In this document: positions 40,181 through 53,089 of the stretch, piece by piece | How the letters are laid out: every line of letters begins with the position of its first letter | Position numbering within the stretch: position 1 is the stretch's first letter | Assembly: GCA_038087875.1 (NCBI GenBank) | Contig: JAXLNO010000325.1 | Span: forward strand, 1 to 64,000 | Reading direction: 5' to 3' | From: Malacoraja senta | Taxonomy: Eukaryota | DNA: 64,000 bases | Notes under the pieces: model-generated | Database searches by the model: none | What the model was told of the DNA's origin: nothing | What the model saw: only the letters and a program-made list of their open reading frames with translations | Translations under genes and position numbers: made by a program

Positions 40181-41429
40181 AACATGGGGAGGATCTACAC
40201 AGTGAAGGGTAGGGCTCTAGGTACAATTGTAGAGCAGAGGGATCTTGGAGTGCAGGTGCACAGTTCCTTGAAGGTGGAATCACAGTTACTGTAGATCGGA
40301 TGGTCAAAAAGGCTTTTGGCACATTGGCCTTTACCTGGCAGTGTATTGAGTGTAGAGGTTGGGAGGTCATCTTGCAGTTGTATCAGACCTTAATGAGGCC
40401 ACATTTGGAGTATTGTGTTCAGTTCTGGGTACTGTGTTATTAGATAGATGTTGCCAAACTAGAACCTTTACAGAGACATTTTACAAGGATGCAGCAGCCA
40501 GGGTCTGGCCTATGGGGAGTGGTTGAGTGGGCAGGGAACCTATTCCTTGAAGCACAGAAGGAAGAAGGGTGATTTTATAGAGGTGTATAAGATCATGAGA
40601 GGGATATATTGGGTAGAAGCACAGATTCTCTTGTCCTGAATAGAAGAATCGAGGTACAGAGGACATAGATTTAAGGTGAAGGGGAAAATATTTAATAGGA
40701 ATCTGATGGATACCTTTTTCACACAAATGATGGTGGATGTATGGAACAAGATGCCAGAGGAGGTAGTTGAGGCAGGGACTTACCTACCATTTATGACACA
40801 GTTTGATAGGTATGTGAATAGGATGGGTTTGAAGGGATTTGGACCAACTGCAGGCAGGTGGGACTAGAGTGAATGGGGCATGTTGTCCGGTGTGGGCAAG
40901 TTGGGCCGAAGGGCCTGTTTCCACACCGGATGATGATATGAGTACTGGGTTGAACCATCTCCTCTTACAGCTGGTTCCACACACCCACCACCCTTTGTGT
41001 GAAAATGACCCCTCTGGTTCCTATTCAATCTTCCCCCCATCTTAAAGTTGTCCTCAGGATCTTGATTGCCCTAATCTGTGCGTCGACCCTATCTATATCT
41101 CTCAATATTTTAGTCACCTTGAAAATATCATCCCTCATCCTCCTGTGCACCAAGAAATAAAACACTAGCCTGCTGAATCTGTTCTAGATCAGGCCCTCAA
41201 ATCTTGGCAACATCCTCGTGAATCTTCTCTATGGCATTTCCACCTTGACACCATTTTACCGATACTAATGTGTCCAAAACTGAATACAACACTGTAAATG
41301 TGGTCTCACCAACGTCTTGTACATGTGCAACATGACCACGACATCTCTAGACTCAATGTTCTGACTGATGAAGGCCAATGTGACAAAAGCCTTTTTGACC
41401 ACCCTATCTCCGTGTGATGCTACTCTCAA

Positions 41430-42082
41430 CGTACTGTGTACCTGTCGTCTGTCGTATGGACTATGAGCTCTGGCTGCTCACCTCCCCCTTTCAGAATAGA
41501 AACATAGAAACATAGAACATAGGCGCAGGACAAGGCCATTCGGCCCTTGAGCCATTCAATATGATCATGGCTGATCATCCAAAATCTGTACCCCGTTCTT
41601 GCTTTCTCCCCAGCTCCCTTGATTCCGTTAGCCCTAAGAGCTATGACTAACACTCTCTTGAAAACATCTGGTGAATTGGTCTCCCCAGCCTTCTGTGGGA
41701 GAGAATTCCACAGATTCACAACTCTTTGGGTGGAAAAGGTTTTCCTCATCTCAGTCCTAAATGGCCTACCCCTTATTCTTAAACTGTGACATCTGGGTCT
41801 GGACTCCTCCAACATCGGGAACATTTTTCCTGCATCCAGACTGTCCAATCCCTTAAGAATTTTATATGTATCTATAAGATCCACTCTAATACTTCTAAAT
41901 GCCAGTGGATATAAGCCCAGTCAATCAATTCTTTCATCATATGTCAGTCGCGCCATCCCGGGAATTAAGCTGGTGAACCTACGCTGCATTCCCTCTATAG
42001 CAATAATGTCCTTACTCAAATTAGGGAGACCAAAACTGCACACAATACTCCAGGTGTGGTCTCCCCAGTGCCCTGTACAATT
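41430..42082 (-). mobile_element. CR1 3' fragment inserted into a CR1 ORF1 remnant
   Basis: ORF 41426-41884 runs from the ORF2 C-terminus through the tail into ILKG.GEQPE.IVH (ORF1-like). The same junction is at 55055-55120. Confidence 0.8.
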
Positions 42083-42099
42083 TCCCATCACTATTTGAG

Positions 42100-43925
42100 C
42101 AACTTGTATTTTATTTATTTTATTTCATTCTTTATTTCGAACAGAATAAAAGAATAAAAAGCAAGTGTGAAACAGCACAGAAAAAAACAAAACATGAATA
42201 TTTATAAAGTGTCATAAACAATATCTATAAATAAATGAAATCGTATGTGTCCGAAAAGGAGCAGGAAGAAGCCAAAGCTTATTAATTCCCACCCCTTATT
42301 CAACTGTTTATAATGATCTTATACAGATTTAGCAGCTATATGTACACCATATGTACACCAGCAGCTATATGTACACCATATGTACACTAGCAGCTATATG
42401 TACACCATATGTACACCAGCAACTATATGTACACCATATGTACACCAGCAGCTATATGTACACCATATGTACACTAGCAGCTAAATGTACACCATATGTA
42501 CACCAGCAGCTATATGTACACCATATGTACACTAGCAACTATATGTACACCATATGTACACCAGCAGCTATATGTACACCATATGTACACCAGCAGCTAT
42601 ATGTACACCAGCAGCTATATGTACACCATATGTACACTAGCAACTATATGTACACCATATTAGATTAGATTAGATAGCCCTTTATTGTCATTCAGACCGA
42701 AGTCTGAACGAAATTGCAACAGTCATACATAAAACAACAATAAACAATATATATGTACACCAGCAGCTATATGTACACCATATGTACACCAGCAGCTATA
42801 TGTACACCATATGTACACCAGCAGCTATATGTACACCATATGTACACCAGCAGCTATATGTACACCATATGTACACCAGCAGCTATATGTACACCACATG
42901 TACACCAGCAGCTATATGTACACCAAAGTATTTACATTTATACACTAATCTAATATTTACAAAGCCATACAAAAAAAGAGAAAAAAGAAAAGAAACCCCC
43001 CTGATATACTATACAGTATCTCTTAGTCATATATACAACCCATCACCCTATAATCACCCTTCCCAATACAATCAGTATAACAAATATCCCACTCACAATC
43101 ACCTATCCTCATCCCAATATCCTTTAACAAAGTGTGTTTGTACATCTGTTTAAAGTGAATCATGTTTGTGCTAAGTTTTATCTCCTGTTCCAAACCATTC
43201 CACAAATTCACCCAACAGATTGCTATGTACATACTTTTAAGAGTTGTTCTGACATTGAGTTTTTTTTAATTAAGTTCCCCTCTCAAATTATACCCACCCT
43301 GTCTTTCCATAAACAGTTCTTGGATATTTCCTGGAAGTAAATTATTTCTTGCTTTGTACATGATTTGTGCAGTTTTAAATTTAACCAGATCGGTGAACTT
43401 CAGTGTGTGTGACTTTAAGAATAATAAATTGGTATGTTCAAGATATCCAACTTTATTGATCATTCTTATTGCTCTTTTTTGTAATGTACATAACGGCTGT
43501 AGGTTGGTTTTGTAGGTGTTACCCCATATCTCCACACAGTAACTCAGATATGGCAATATGAGTGTATTATACAGAGTATGTAATGATTTATGGTCCAGAA
43601 TGTGTCTTGATTTTCCCAATATTGCTATATACTTTGCCAGTTTTGCTTTGACGTGGTTTATATGTGGTTTCCAGCAGATTTTGTGGTCTAAGATCACACC
43701 AAGAAATCTATTTTCATATACTCTTTCTATACTTATGTTATCTATTTTCAATTCTACTTGAGGGTTTGTTTTATGTTTTCCAAATAGCATCATCTTTGTT
43801 TTGCTTAAAGTTAAAGACAATTTGTTGACATCAAACCACTGTTTTAATTTATTCATTTCTGATGTGATGACCTCCAAAAGCTGCTTCAAATTGTCACCGG
43901 AACAAAAAATATTTATATCATCGTA
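42100..43925 (-). mobile_element. Crack/Daphne-like LINE, copy 2, with complete 3' end
   Basis: ORF 43266-44024 encodes the RT C-terminus. An (AATAA)-like tail is at about 42100-42135. The element is inserted into CR1 sequence that is uninterrupted at 56262-56300. Confidence 0.85.
42330..42925. repeat. Minisatellite in the LINE 3'UTR (unit of about 29 bp)
   Basis: Tandem GCAGCTATATGTACACCATATGTACACCA, interrupted at about 42660-42750 by the 3' end of another element. A shorter array is at 10828-10928. Confidence 0.92.
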
Positions 43926-43970
43926 TTTTGGGCACCATATCTGAGGAAGGATTTTGGGCACCATATCTGA

Positions 43971-44425
43971 GACCAAGCGGAGGCTTGGCGATCGTTTCGC
44001 CGAACACCTCCGGTCGGTCCGCAATAACCAACCTGACCTCCCGGTGGCTCAGCACTCCAACTCCCCCTCCCATTCCGTATCTGACCTCTCTGTCCTGGGT
44101 CTCCTCCATGGCCACAGCGAGCAACACCGGAAATTGGAGGAAATGCACCTCATATTCCGCTTGGGCAGTCTACATCCTGGGGGCTTGAACATTGAATTCT
44201 CCCAATTCTGCTAGCCCTTGCTGTCCCCTCCCCTTCATCAGCCATCCGGTTGTCTCCTCCCCTCCCCCAGCCCTCGGTCTCCTCCTCCGCCTTGTTCCTT
44301 TTTTCCTTTCTTCTCCCCTCCCCCTATCAGTCTGAAGAAGGGTTTTGGCCCGAAACGTTGCCTATTTCCTTCGCTCCATAGATGCTGCTGCACCCGCTGA
44401 GTTTCTCCAGCATTTTTGTGTACCT
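43971..44425 (+). mobile_element. Penelope-like element 3' fragment (GIY-YIG C-terminal part plus 3'UTR)
   Basis: Peptide ETKRRLGDRFAEHLRSV...PVAQH...RKLEEMHLIFRLGSLHPGGLN. TGAGGAAGGAT occurs on both sides. Confidence 0.9.
44328..44362 (+). ncRNA. Minimal type I hammerhead ribozyme motif (PLE-associated)
   Basis: CAGT-CTGAAGA-AGGGTTTTGGCCC-GAAAC-GTT-GCC, downstream of the GIY-YIG ORF. Confidence 0.6.
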
Positions 44426-44579
44426 TTTGAGGAAGGATAGGCTGGCTCTGGAGAGGGTCCAGAGGAGGTTTACAAGAATTATCCCAGGAATGAGTAGGTT
44501 AACCTATGATGAGCGTTTGTCGGCACTGGGCCTGTACTCGCTGGAGTTTAGAAGAATGAGGCGGGACTTCATTGAAACG

Positions 44580-44897
44580 TATGTGTGTGTGTGTGAGTGT
44601 GTATGTGTGTGTGTTTGTGAGTGTGTGTATGTGAGTGTGTGTGTGTGAATGTGTGTGTGTGTGTGTGTGAATGTGTATGTGTGTGTGTGTGTGAATGTGT
44701 GAATGTGTGTGTGTGTATGTGTGTGTGTGTGTGAATGTGTGTGTGTGAATTTGTGTGTGTGTGTATGAATGTGTGTGTCTTTGTGTGTGTGTGAATGTGT
44801 GTGTGTGTGTGTGTGAATGTGTGTGTGTGTGAATGTGTGTGTGTGTGTGTGTGTGTGTGTGTCTGTGTGTGTGTGAATGTGTGTGTGTGTGTGTCTG

Positions 44898-44930
<33 letters not shown>

Positions 44931-45172
44931 GTGTGTGTGTGTGTGTGTGTGTGTCTGTGTGTGTGTGAATGTGTGTCTGTGTGTGTGGGTGTGTGTGTGT
45001 GAATGTGTGTGTGTGCATGTGTATGTGTGTGTGTGTGTGTGTGAATGTGTGTGTGTGTGAATGTGTGTGTGTGTGTGTGTGTCTGTGTGTGTGAATGTGT
45101 GTGTGTGTGTGCGTGTGTATGTGTGTGTGTGTGTGTATGTGTGTGTGAATGTGTGTGCGTGTGTGTGTGTGA

Positions 45173-45213
<41 letters not shown>

Positions 45214-45434
45214 TGTGAATGTGTGTGTGTGTGTGTGAATGTGTGTGTGTATGTGTGTGTGAATGTGTGTGTGTGTGTGTGTGTGAATGTGTGTATGAAT
45301 GTGTGTGTGTGTGTGTGTGTGTGTGAATGTGTGTGTGTGTATGTGTGTGTGTATGTATGTGTGTGTGTGTGTGTGAATGTGTGTGCTAGTGAATGTGTGT
45401 GTCTGTGTGTGTGTATGTGAATGTGTGTATGTGA

Positions 45435-45475
<41 letters not shown>

Positions 45476-45680
45476 TGTGTGTGTATGTGTGTGTGTGTGT
45501 GAATGTGCGTGTGTGTGTGAATATGTGTGTGTGTGTTATATGTGTGTGTGAATGTGTATGTGTGTGTGTGTTATATGTGTGTGTGTGTGTGAATGTGTGT
45601 GTGTGTGAATGTATGTGTGTGTGTGTGTGAATGTGTATGTGTGTGTGTGTGTGTGTGTATGTGTGAATGTGTGTGTGTGA

Positions 45681-45719
<39 letters not shown>

Positions 45720-45737
45720 TGTGTGTGTGTGTGTGAA

Positions 45738-45768
<31 letters not shown>

Positions 45769-45796
45769 GTGTGTGTGTGAATGTGTGTGTGTGTGT
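44580..45796. repeat. Long interrupted (TG)n microsatellite
   Basis: About 1.2 kb of TG repeats punctuated by GAAT/GTAT. Confidence 0.97.
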
Positions 45797-46218
45797 CAGA
45801 TGCTCTACATCGGTGCGACCAAGCGTAGGCTTGGCGATCGCTTCGCCCAACACCTCCGTTCAGTTCGCATTAACCAACCTGATCTCCCGGTGGCTCAGCT
45901 CTTCAACTCCCCCTCCCATTCCCAATCCGACCTTTCTGTCCTGGGCCTCCTCCATGGCCACAGTGAGGCCCACCACAAATTGGAGGAGCAGCACCTCATA
46001 TTTCGCTTGGGTAGTTTACATCCCAGCGGTATGAACATTGACCTCCAATTTCAAGTAATCCCTGCTTTCTCCCTCCTTCCCCTCCCTTCCCAGCTCTCCC
46101 ACAGCCCACTGTCTCGCCCCCCCCCCACACCCACATCAGTGTGAAGAAGGTGGCCTATTTCCTTCACTCCATAGATGCTGCCTCACCCGCTGAGTTCCTC
46201 CAGCATTCTTGTCTACCG
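45797..46218 (+). mobile_element. Penelope-like element GIY-YIG fragment
   Basis: Peptide LYIGATKRRLGDRFAQHLRSV...KLEEQHLIFRLGSLHPSGMN. Confidence 0.9.
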
Positions 46219-47496
46219 TCAGTTAACATACTGATTGACCTGACCTTAGCTGATTGCGGCACTCAGAAACCACCAGCAGGAAACCACTAGTGAGCACAGG
46301 TACCTTCATTATCCATGTATCCCGTTGGGCCAGGTTGCCATCTAGTGTCAGAATTATTCACATATTAATTATCCGTACCTTTTGTACCCGGTTATGTACG
46401 GAGCCAAGAAGTCTCGACCTTTGTGTAATATAAAGTATAGATTCTGTCATTTACATATCAATCCACCTCACCCTTGTACTTCCTTACTCATTCTCTTTTT
46501 GGTGGAAAATGCTCTGCTGTACAACTTAATTTTATATTTGGGCTCACAGCCCTTCACTGTGACACTTCTCTCCTTGTGCCAGTAAACTCACTGCTGACGG
46601 TGAATCAAGTCGTCCACGAGTCTTATTGAAGAGTTTGTCTTCCACACCCATGATGAGCGTTTGACGGCACTGGGCCTGTACTCACTGGAGTTTAGAAGAA
46701 TGAGGGGGGGACCTCATTGAAACATAGAGAATTGAGAAAGACTTGGATAGAGTGGATGTGGTGAGGATGTTTCCACTAGTGGGAGAGTTTAGCACTAGAG
46801 GCCATAGGCTCAGAATAAAATGCTGTTTTTTGGGAAAGATATGAGAAATATCTTTATTCAGAGGGTGGTGAATTTGTGGAATTCCTTTCCACAATAGAGG
46901 CCAAGTCAGCGGATATTACTAAGGCAGAGATGGATAGATTCTTGATTTGTACAGGTGTCAGAGTTTAGGGGGAGAAGGCTGGAGAATGGGGCAATGAGGG
47001 AGAGATAGATCAGCCATGATTGAATGGTGGAGTAGACCTGATGGGCCGAATGGTCTAATTCTAATGCTATCACTGATGACCTTATGACATATCCTTCCTG
47101 TACTCCATCCCGTTATTGGTCGTGATTCATCCCACCACAGTGTTGTCATTAGCAGACTTGTAGATGGAATTAGAGCCACATTTGGCCTTGGTGTCATGTG
47201 TATAGGGAGTGTATTAGAGGACTGAGAACGCATCCTTGCGGGGCACCAGTGTTGATGATTATTGTGGATGAGATGCTGTCACCTATCTTCACCGATTGGA
47301 AGGGCCAGAATGTTTTAGATCCAGTGGTAGAGGGTGGAGCTGATTCCTAGTTCCAGCAGTTTGGAGATCAGTTTGGATGGGATTATGGTGTTGAAGGTGG
47401 CGCTATTGCGGATAGATAGGAGTCTAACGTACGACAATTCCTAACGTAGCAATTCCTGGTATTGAGGGAGTGCAGCATAGGGTCACCAGGTTAATC

Positions 47497-48372
47497 AAAT
47501 CTGCTTAACCTTATCCGCTGCCTCGAGGATATAAAGTGTTGGATGGCCCAGAACTTCCTCCAACTAAACGAGAGTAAGTCTGAGGTCATCCTTCTCGGCC
47601 CCTCGGACTCAATCAAAATGATAGCAGGCAGCCTTGGAAGCCTTACCCCACTACTCAAACCTCACGTCAAAAACCTTGGCGTGATATTTGACTCAGCACT
47701 GAAATTTGACAAACAAGTCAATGCCGTGGTAAAAGCTAGCTTCTTCCAGTTTCGGACGATAGCTAAAATAAAACAATTCCTCCAGTTTGATGACCTCGAA
47801 AAGATCATCCACACATTTATCTCCTCCCGCCTAGATTACTGCAACTCCCTCTACACTGGCATCAGCTAATCTTCCCTGTCCCCCCTGATCCTGGCCTCTC
47901 TCCACTGGCTTCCTGTGCAGTTCCGTATAAACTTCAAGATCCTCCTTTATGTCTAAAAAGCCCTTAATGGGCTTGCCCCCACCTACATCAAAAGTTTGCT
48001 TACCCGCCACACCACCTCCAGGTCCCTCAGATCGGCCGACTTGGGGTTGCTGAATACCCCGCAGTCTAGGCATAAGCTCAGGGGCGACCGCGCTTTTGCG
48101 GTTGCAGCTCCTAGACTGTGGAACAGCATCCCTCTTCCCATCAGATCTGCCCCCTCCATCGACTCCTTTAAGTCGAGACTTAAAACTCATCTCTACTCCC
48201 AAGTCTTTCTTGACGTCCTCTGAGCGAGTGCTATATGTATGTAGTGATGTTTGTATTTAATCTATGAACCATTGTTGTATAACGTTAGTACCTCCACCAA
48301 TGTAAAGCACTTTGGCCAACGAGAGTTGTTTTTTAAATGTGCTACAGAAATAAAAGTGAGTTGACTTGACGA
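47497..48372 (+). mobile_element. L2 LINE 3' fragment with an internal deletion, inserted into CR1
   Basis: WMAQNFLQLNESKSEV, KNLGVIFD, SRLDYCNSL, RAFAVAAPRLWNS motifs and a (TTGAC)n tail. The empty site is at about 28070. Confidence 0.9.
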
Positions 48373-48679
48373 CTTCATTCCCTGGATGGCTTGATTGACA
48401 AGTGATGAAAGAATGGGTCGACAGGACTGGAAATTAGACGGATGAGAGTGGATCTTTTGGAAACATATATAATTCTTAAGAGATTGGACAGGCTAGATGC
48501 AGGAAATATATTCCCGATGTTGGGGGAGGCCAGAAACAGGGGTCATGGTTTAAGAATAAGGGGCTGGCCATTTAGGACCGAGATGAGGAAAAACCTTTTC
48601 ACCCCGAGAGTTGTGAAGCTGTGGAATTGTCTGCTGCCGCAGAAGGCAGTGGAGGCCAACTCACTGGATGTTTCCAAGA

Positions 48680-49310
48680 GAGAGCGACGGGGAGGGGGGG
48701 AGGGGGCAGCAAGAAGGGGAGAGTGTGGGGAGGTGAAGGGGGAGGGGCAGAGGGAGGGCGTGAGGGAGGCACTGAGGTGGTAAGGGTGTGTGAGAGGATG
48801 GGGCAGAGGGAAGGGGTGCGGGAGAGCGAGGAGGAGGGAGAGGGAATGGGGGGGGGACAGGTAGAGGGAGGGGGAGAAGGACGGACGGGCAGAGAGGTGG
48901 TCAGAGTGTGGGTCAGAAGCGGCAGGTGGGGGCCTGAGGGACGGCACTGGGTGGGAGGAAGTGGCGGGGGAGAGCGGAGGAGGGGCAGGGTCAGAGGGAG
49001 AGGAGTTGGAGGAGGGAGGTAGGGTGGGAGAGAGGGGGGAGGAGGCGAAGGTGGAGAAGGGTAGGGTGGAGAGGAAGGGGGAGGGACGGAGAGGAAGGGG
49101 GAGGGGGAGAGGTAGTGGGGAGAGGGAGGGGGAGAGAGAGGTGGGAGAGGGATTCGTAGTCGCAGGTGTAGAGGGAGATGGAGATGGTGGGGGAGAGGGA
49201 TAGAGGGAGGGGAGGGGGAGATGGAGGGGGAGAGAGAGAGGGAGAGAGACGTGCGAGGGGGAGGTGGGGGTGAATGAGGGGGAGAGGTACTGGGGAGATT
49301 GAGGGGGGAC
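48680..49310. repeat. GA/G-rich low-complexity tract
   Basis: Direct inspection. Confidence 0.85.
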
Positions 49311-50363
49311 ACAAACATGTTCCCCACAACCGATTTCAGGCTAACTGTCTATGATGCCCTGTTTTCTCTCTCCATCCTTTCGTAAACTGTGACGTTACAT
49401 TAGCTCCCCTCCAGTCCACGTGAACTGATCCGGAGTCTATAGAACATTGGACAATGATCACCAATGCATCCACGATTTCTAGGGCCACCTCCTTGAGTAC
49501 TCTGTGATGCAGGCCATAAGGCCCTGGGGATCTATCTGCCTTCAGTGTCAACAGTTTACCTACATTTTCCTGACTAGAAAAATAGAAATAAAGAACCATA
49601 GAAAATAGGTGCAGGAGTAGGCCATTCGGCCCTTTCAGTCAGAACGGCCATTCAATACTATCATGGCTGATCATCCAAGATCAGTACCCCGTTCCTGCTT
49701 TTTCCCCATATCCCTTGATTCCCTTAGCCCTAAGAGCTAAATCTAACTCAATCTTGAAAACATCCCGTGGTTTCACCTCCACTGCTTTCTGTGCCAGAGA
49801 ATTCCACAGATTCACAACTCTCCGGGTTAAAAATGTCTTTACTTGTCTCAGTCCTAATTCTTAAACAGTGACCCCTGGTAATTCACTCCTCACCCTCCTG
49901 CGCTCCAAGGAATAATGTCCTGTCCTGCCCAATCTCCCTCTATAGCTCAGACCCTCGTATCCTAGCAACAGCCTCGTTAATCTTCTCTGCACCCTTTCCA
50001 GTTTGACAACATATTTGCACGGTGACCAAAACTGAACACAATACTCTAAATGTTGTACTCGCTTGTACTCGCTAGCATTTAGAAGATTGAGGGGGGTTCC
50101 ACAAATTTGTGTTTATCCTCACTCTGACAATGGAGGAGACCTTGGATAGAAAGGTCAGTGTGGGAATTGGAAGGAGAATTAAATTGTTTAGCAACCGTGA
50201 GAGCAGGTAGGTCCAGGCTGACTGAGCGAAGGTGTTCAGCAAAACGATCGCCCAGTCAACGTTTAGTCTCACCGATGTAAAAGAGTCTATCATTTAGACT
50301 CCATCATTTACTGAGCTCATGACATAGCAAAGCATCACCTGAGACTTGTCACAGTTCCTCTGC

Positions 50364-51581
50364 AGGGGAGAACCAGTGGATGTGTTATATCTGGACTTTC
50401 AGAAGGCTTTCGACAAGGTCCCACATGAGAGATTAGTATGCAAACTTAAAGCACACGGTATTGGGGGTTCAGTATTGATGTGGATAGAGAACTGGCTGGC
50501 AAACAGGAAGCAAAGAGTAGGAGTAAACGGGTCCTTTTCAGAATGGCAGGCAGTGACTAGTGGGGTACCGCAAGGCTCAGTGCTGGGACCCCAGCTATTT
50601 ACAATATATATTAATGATTTGGACGAGGGAATTGAATGTAACATCTCCAAGTTGCGGATGAAACTAAGCTGGGGGGCAGTGTTAGCTGTGAGGAGGATGC
50701 TAGGAGGCTGCAAGGTGAATTGGATAGGCTGGGTGAGTGGGCAAATGCATGGCAGATGCAGTATGATGTGGATAAATGTGAGGTTATCCACTTTGGTGGC
50801 AAAAACAGGAAAGCAGACTATTATCTAAATGGTGGTCGATTAGGAAAAGGGGAGATGCAACGAGACCTTGGTGTCATGGTACACCAGTCATTGAAAGTAT
50901 GCATGCAGGTGCAGCAGGCAGTGAAGAAAGCGAATGGTATGTTAGCATTCATAGCAAAAGGATTTGAGTATAGGAGCAGGGAGGTTCTACTGCAGTTGTA
51001 CAGGGTCTTGGTGAGACCACACCTGGAGTATTGCGTACAGTTTTGGTCTACAAATCTGAGGAAAGACATTATTGCCATAGAGGGAGTGCAGAGAAGGTTC
51101 ACCAGACTGATTCCTGGGATGTCTGGACTTTCATATGAAGAAAGACTGGATAGACTCGGCTTGTACTCGCTAGAATTTAGGAGATTGAGGGGGGTTCTTT
51201 TAGAAACTTACAAAAATTCTCAAGGGGTTGCACAGGTTAGATGCAGGAAGATTGTTCCCGATGTTGGGGAAGTCCAGGACAAGGGGTCACAGCTTAAGGA
51301 TAGAGGGGAAATCCTTTAGGACCGAGATGAGAAAAACGTTTTTCACACAGAGAGTGGTGAATCTGTGGAATTCTCTGTCACAGAAGGTGGTTGAGGCCAG
51401 TTCATTGGCTATATTTAAGAGGGAGTTAGATGTGGCCCTTGTGGCTAAAGGGATCAGGGGGTATGGAGAGAAGGCAGGTACAGGATACTGAGTTGGATGA
51501 TCAGCCATGATCATATTGAATGGCGGTGCAGGCTCGAAGGGCCGAATGGCCTACTCCTGCACCTATTTTCTATGTTTCTAT
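50364..51581 (+). mobile_element. Young 5'-truncated CR1
   Basis: RT ORFs 50346-50828, 50720-51319 and 51228-51491, and a (CTATGTTT)n tail. The empty site is at about 35680. Confidence 0.92.
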
Positions 51582-52933
51582 TGTATTGTATTGTATTGTA
51601 TTGTATTGTATATCTTTATTGTCATTTCCTGAGTATTCACATACCCAGAGGAAACAAAAAAACGTTCCTCAACCAGTGTCCATTTCAGTGTGCAGTAAAA
51701 AATAAATAGAAGTAAAAATACATATATCATGAACAAATTAACACTCTACTCTCTACTAAACATCAACAGGCGTTCCGATCGGCAGCGGCACGACAGTGGC
51801 TCTGCTGCAGTGTGTCCAGGTTGGTGGTTGGTGCACGATACTTTGGCAGGGGACAAAGTCCGTTTATCAGTCTTATAACCTGCGGGAAGAAGCTGAGGAG
51901 CATCCTGCTGGTTTTGCACCTAATGCTCCGGTACATCTTCCCAGATGGCAGGATGGAGAATATATGATGGGATGGGTGGTAGGGGTCTTTGATGATGGAG
52001 ATGGTTCTGCTGATACATCTCTTCCTGTATATGTCCAGCAGGAAAGGGAGTGGAGCACCAATAATCCTGCTGGCGGTCTTCACAATCCTGTCTAGTTGGT
52101 GCCGTTCGTACGCCTTGCAGCTCCCGAACCAGGAAGTGATGCCGTAGGTTAATGTGCTCTCGATTGTCCCCCTATAAAAAGTTCGTAGGTGTGTAGTGGG
52201 GAGACCTGCTTTATGTAGTCTTCGGAGAGGGTATAGTCGCTGCTGGGCTCTCTTGACCAGTGCTGTGGTGTTGGTCGTGGACGTCAGGTCATCTGACAGG
52301 TGGAGTCCTAGGAACTTCACGCTGTTGACCCTTTCCACATCAGCTCCATCGATGTGCAGAGGTGTATGGTGTTGTTTTCCCGCCCTCCTGAAGTCAACCA
52401 CCATCTCCTTAGTCTTTCCCACGTTGAGAATGAGGTTGTGGGATTTGCACCATCCTGTGAGCAGCTCCACCTCCATCCTGTACGCCGACTCATCATTGTC
52501 ACTGATGAGACCCACCACTGTTGTGTCATCAGCGAACTTGTTGATGAAGTTGTTGTTGAGTCTAGCAGTACAGTCGTGTGTTAGCAGACTAAACAGCAGG
52601 GGGCTTAGGACACAGCCTTGGGGCGAGCCAGTGCTCACGGCTATGGTTTTTGATGTCCTACTGCCCACCCTGACTGTCTGCTGCCGTTGCGATAGAAAGT
52701 TCAGGACCCAGTTACATGTGCCAGCATCAACCCCCAATAGCTCCAACTTCTCCACCAGCTGCTGCGGAATGATTGTATTAAAAGCAGAGCTGAAGTCTAT
52801 GAAGAGGATCCTGGCATAAGTATTTTTCCGATCAAGGTGTGACAGTACGAGGTTCAGTGTTGTTGAGACTGCGTCCTCTGTGGATCGGTTGGCTCTGTAG
52901 GCGAACTGCAGTGGGTCTAGGTCGGCAGGTAGA
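51582..52933 (-). mobile_element. 5'-truncated Rex1/Babar-type LINE inserted into a CR1 tail
   Basis: Open 330-aa RT ORF similar to 14513-15466, with a (TACAA)n tail. TSD CTATTTTCTATGTTTCTAT at 51563-51581 and 52934-52952. Confidence 0.92.
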
Positions 52934-53089
52934 CTATTTTCTATGTTTCTATGTTCCTCAGCTGGCTTTTGGGAAACCTACAGAATCCGGTCAGAATGAA
53001 TGCACCTTTCCTATTGAATGCTCTGCCTATGTACTGAGGTACAGTGTCAAGCTTTGCTTTGCATGCTTTTTAATCAGATAAGTCTATAC

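Noticed and set aside
42330..42925. CRISPR-like regular repeats (also considered for 6432-6932)
   Set aside because: The units are tandem with no unique spacers, there are no cas genes, and the context is eukaryotic.
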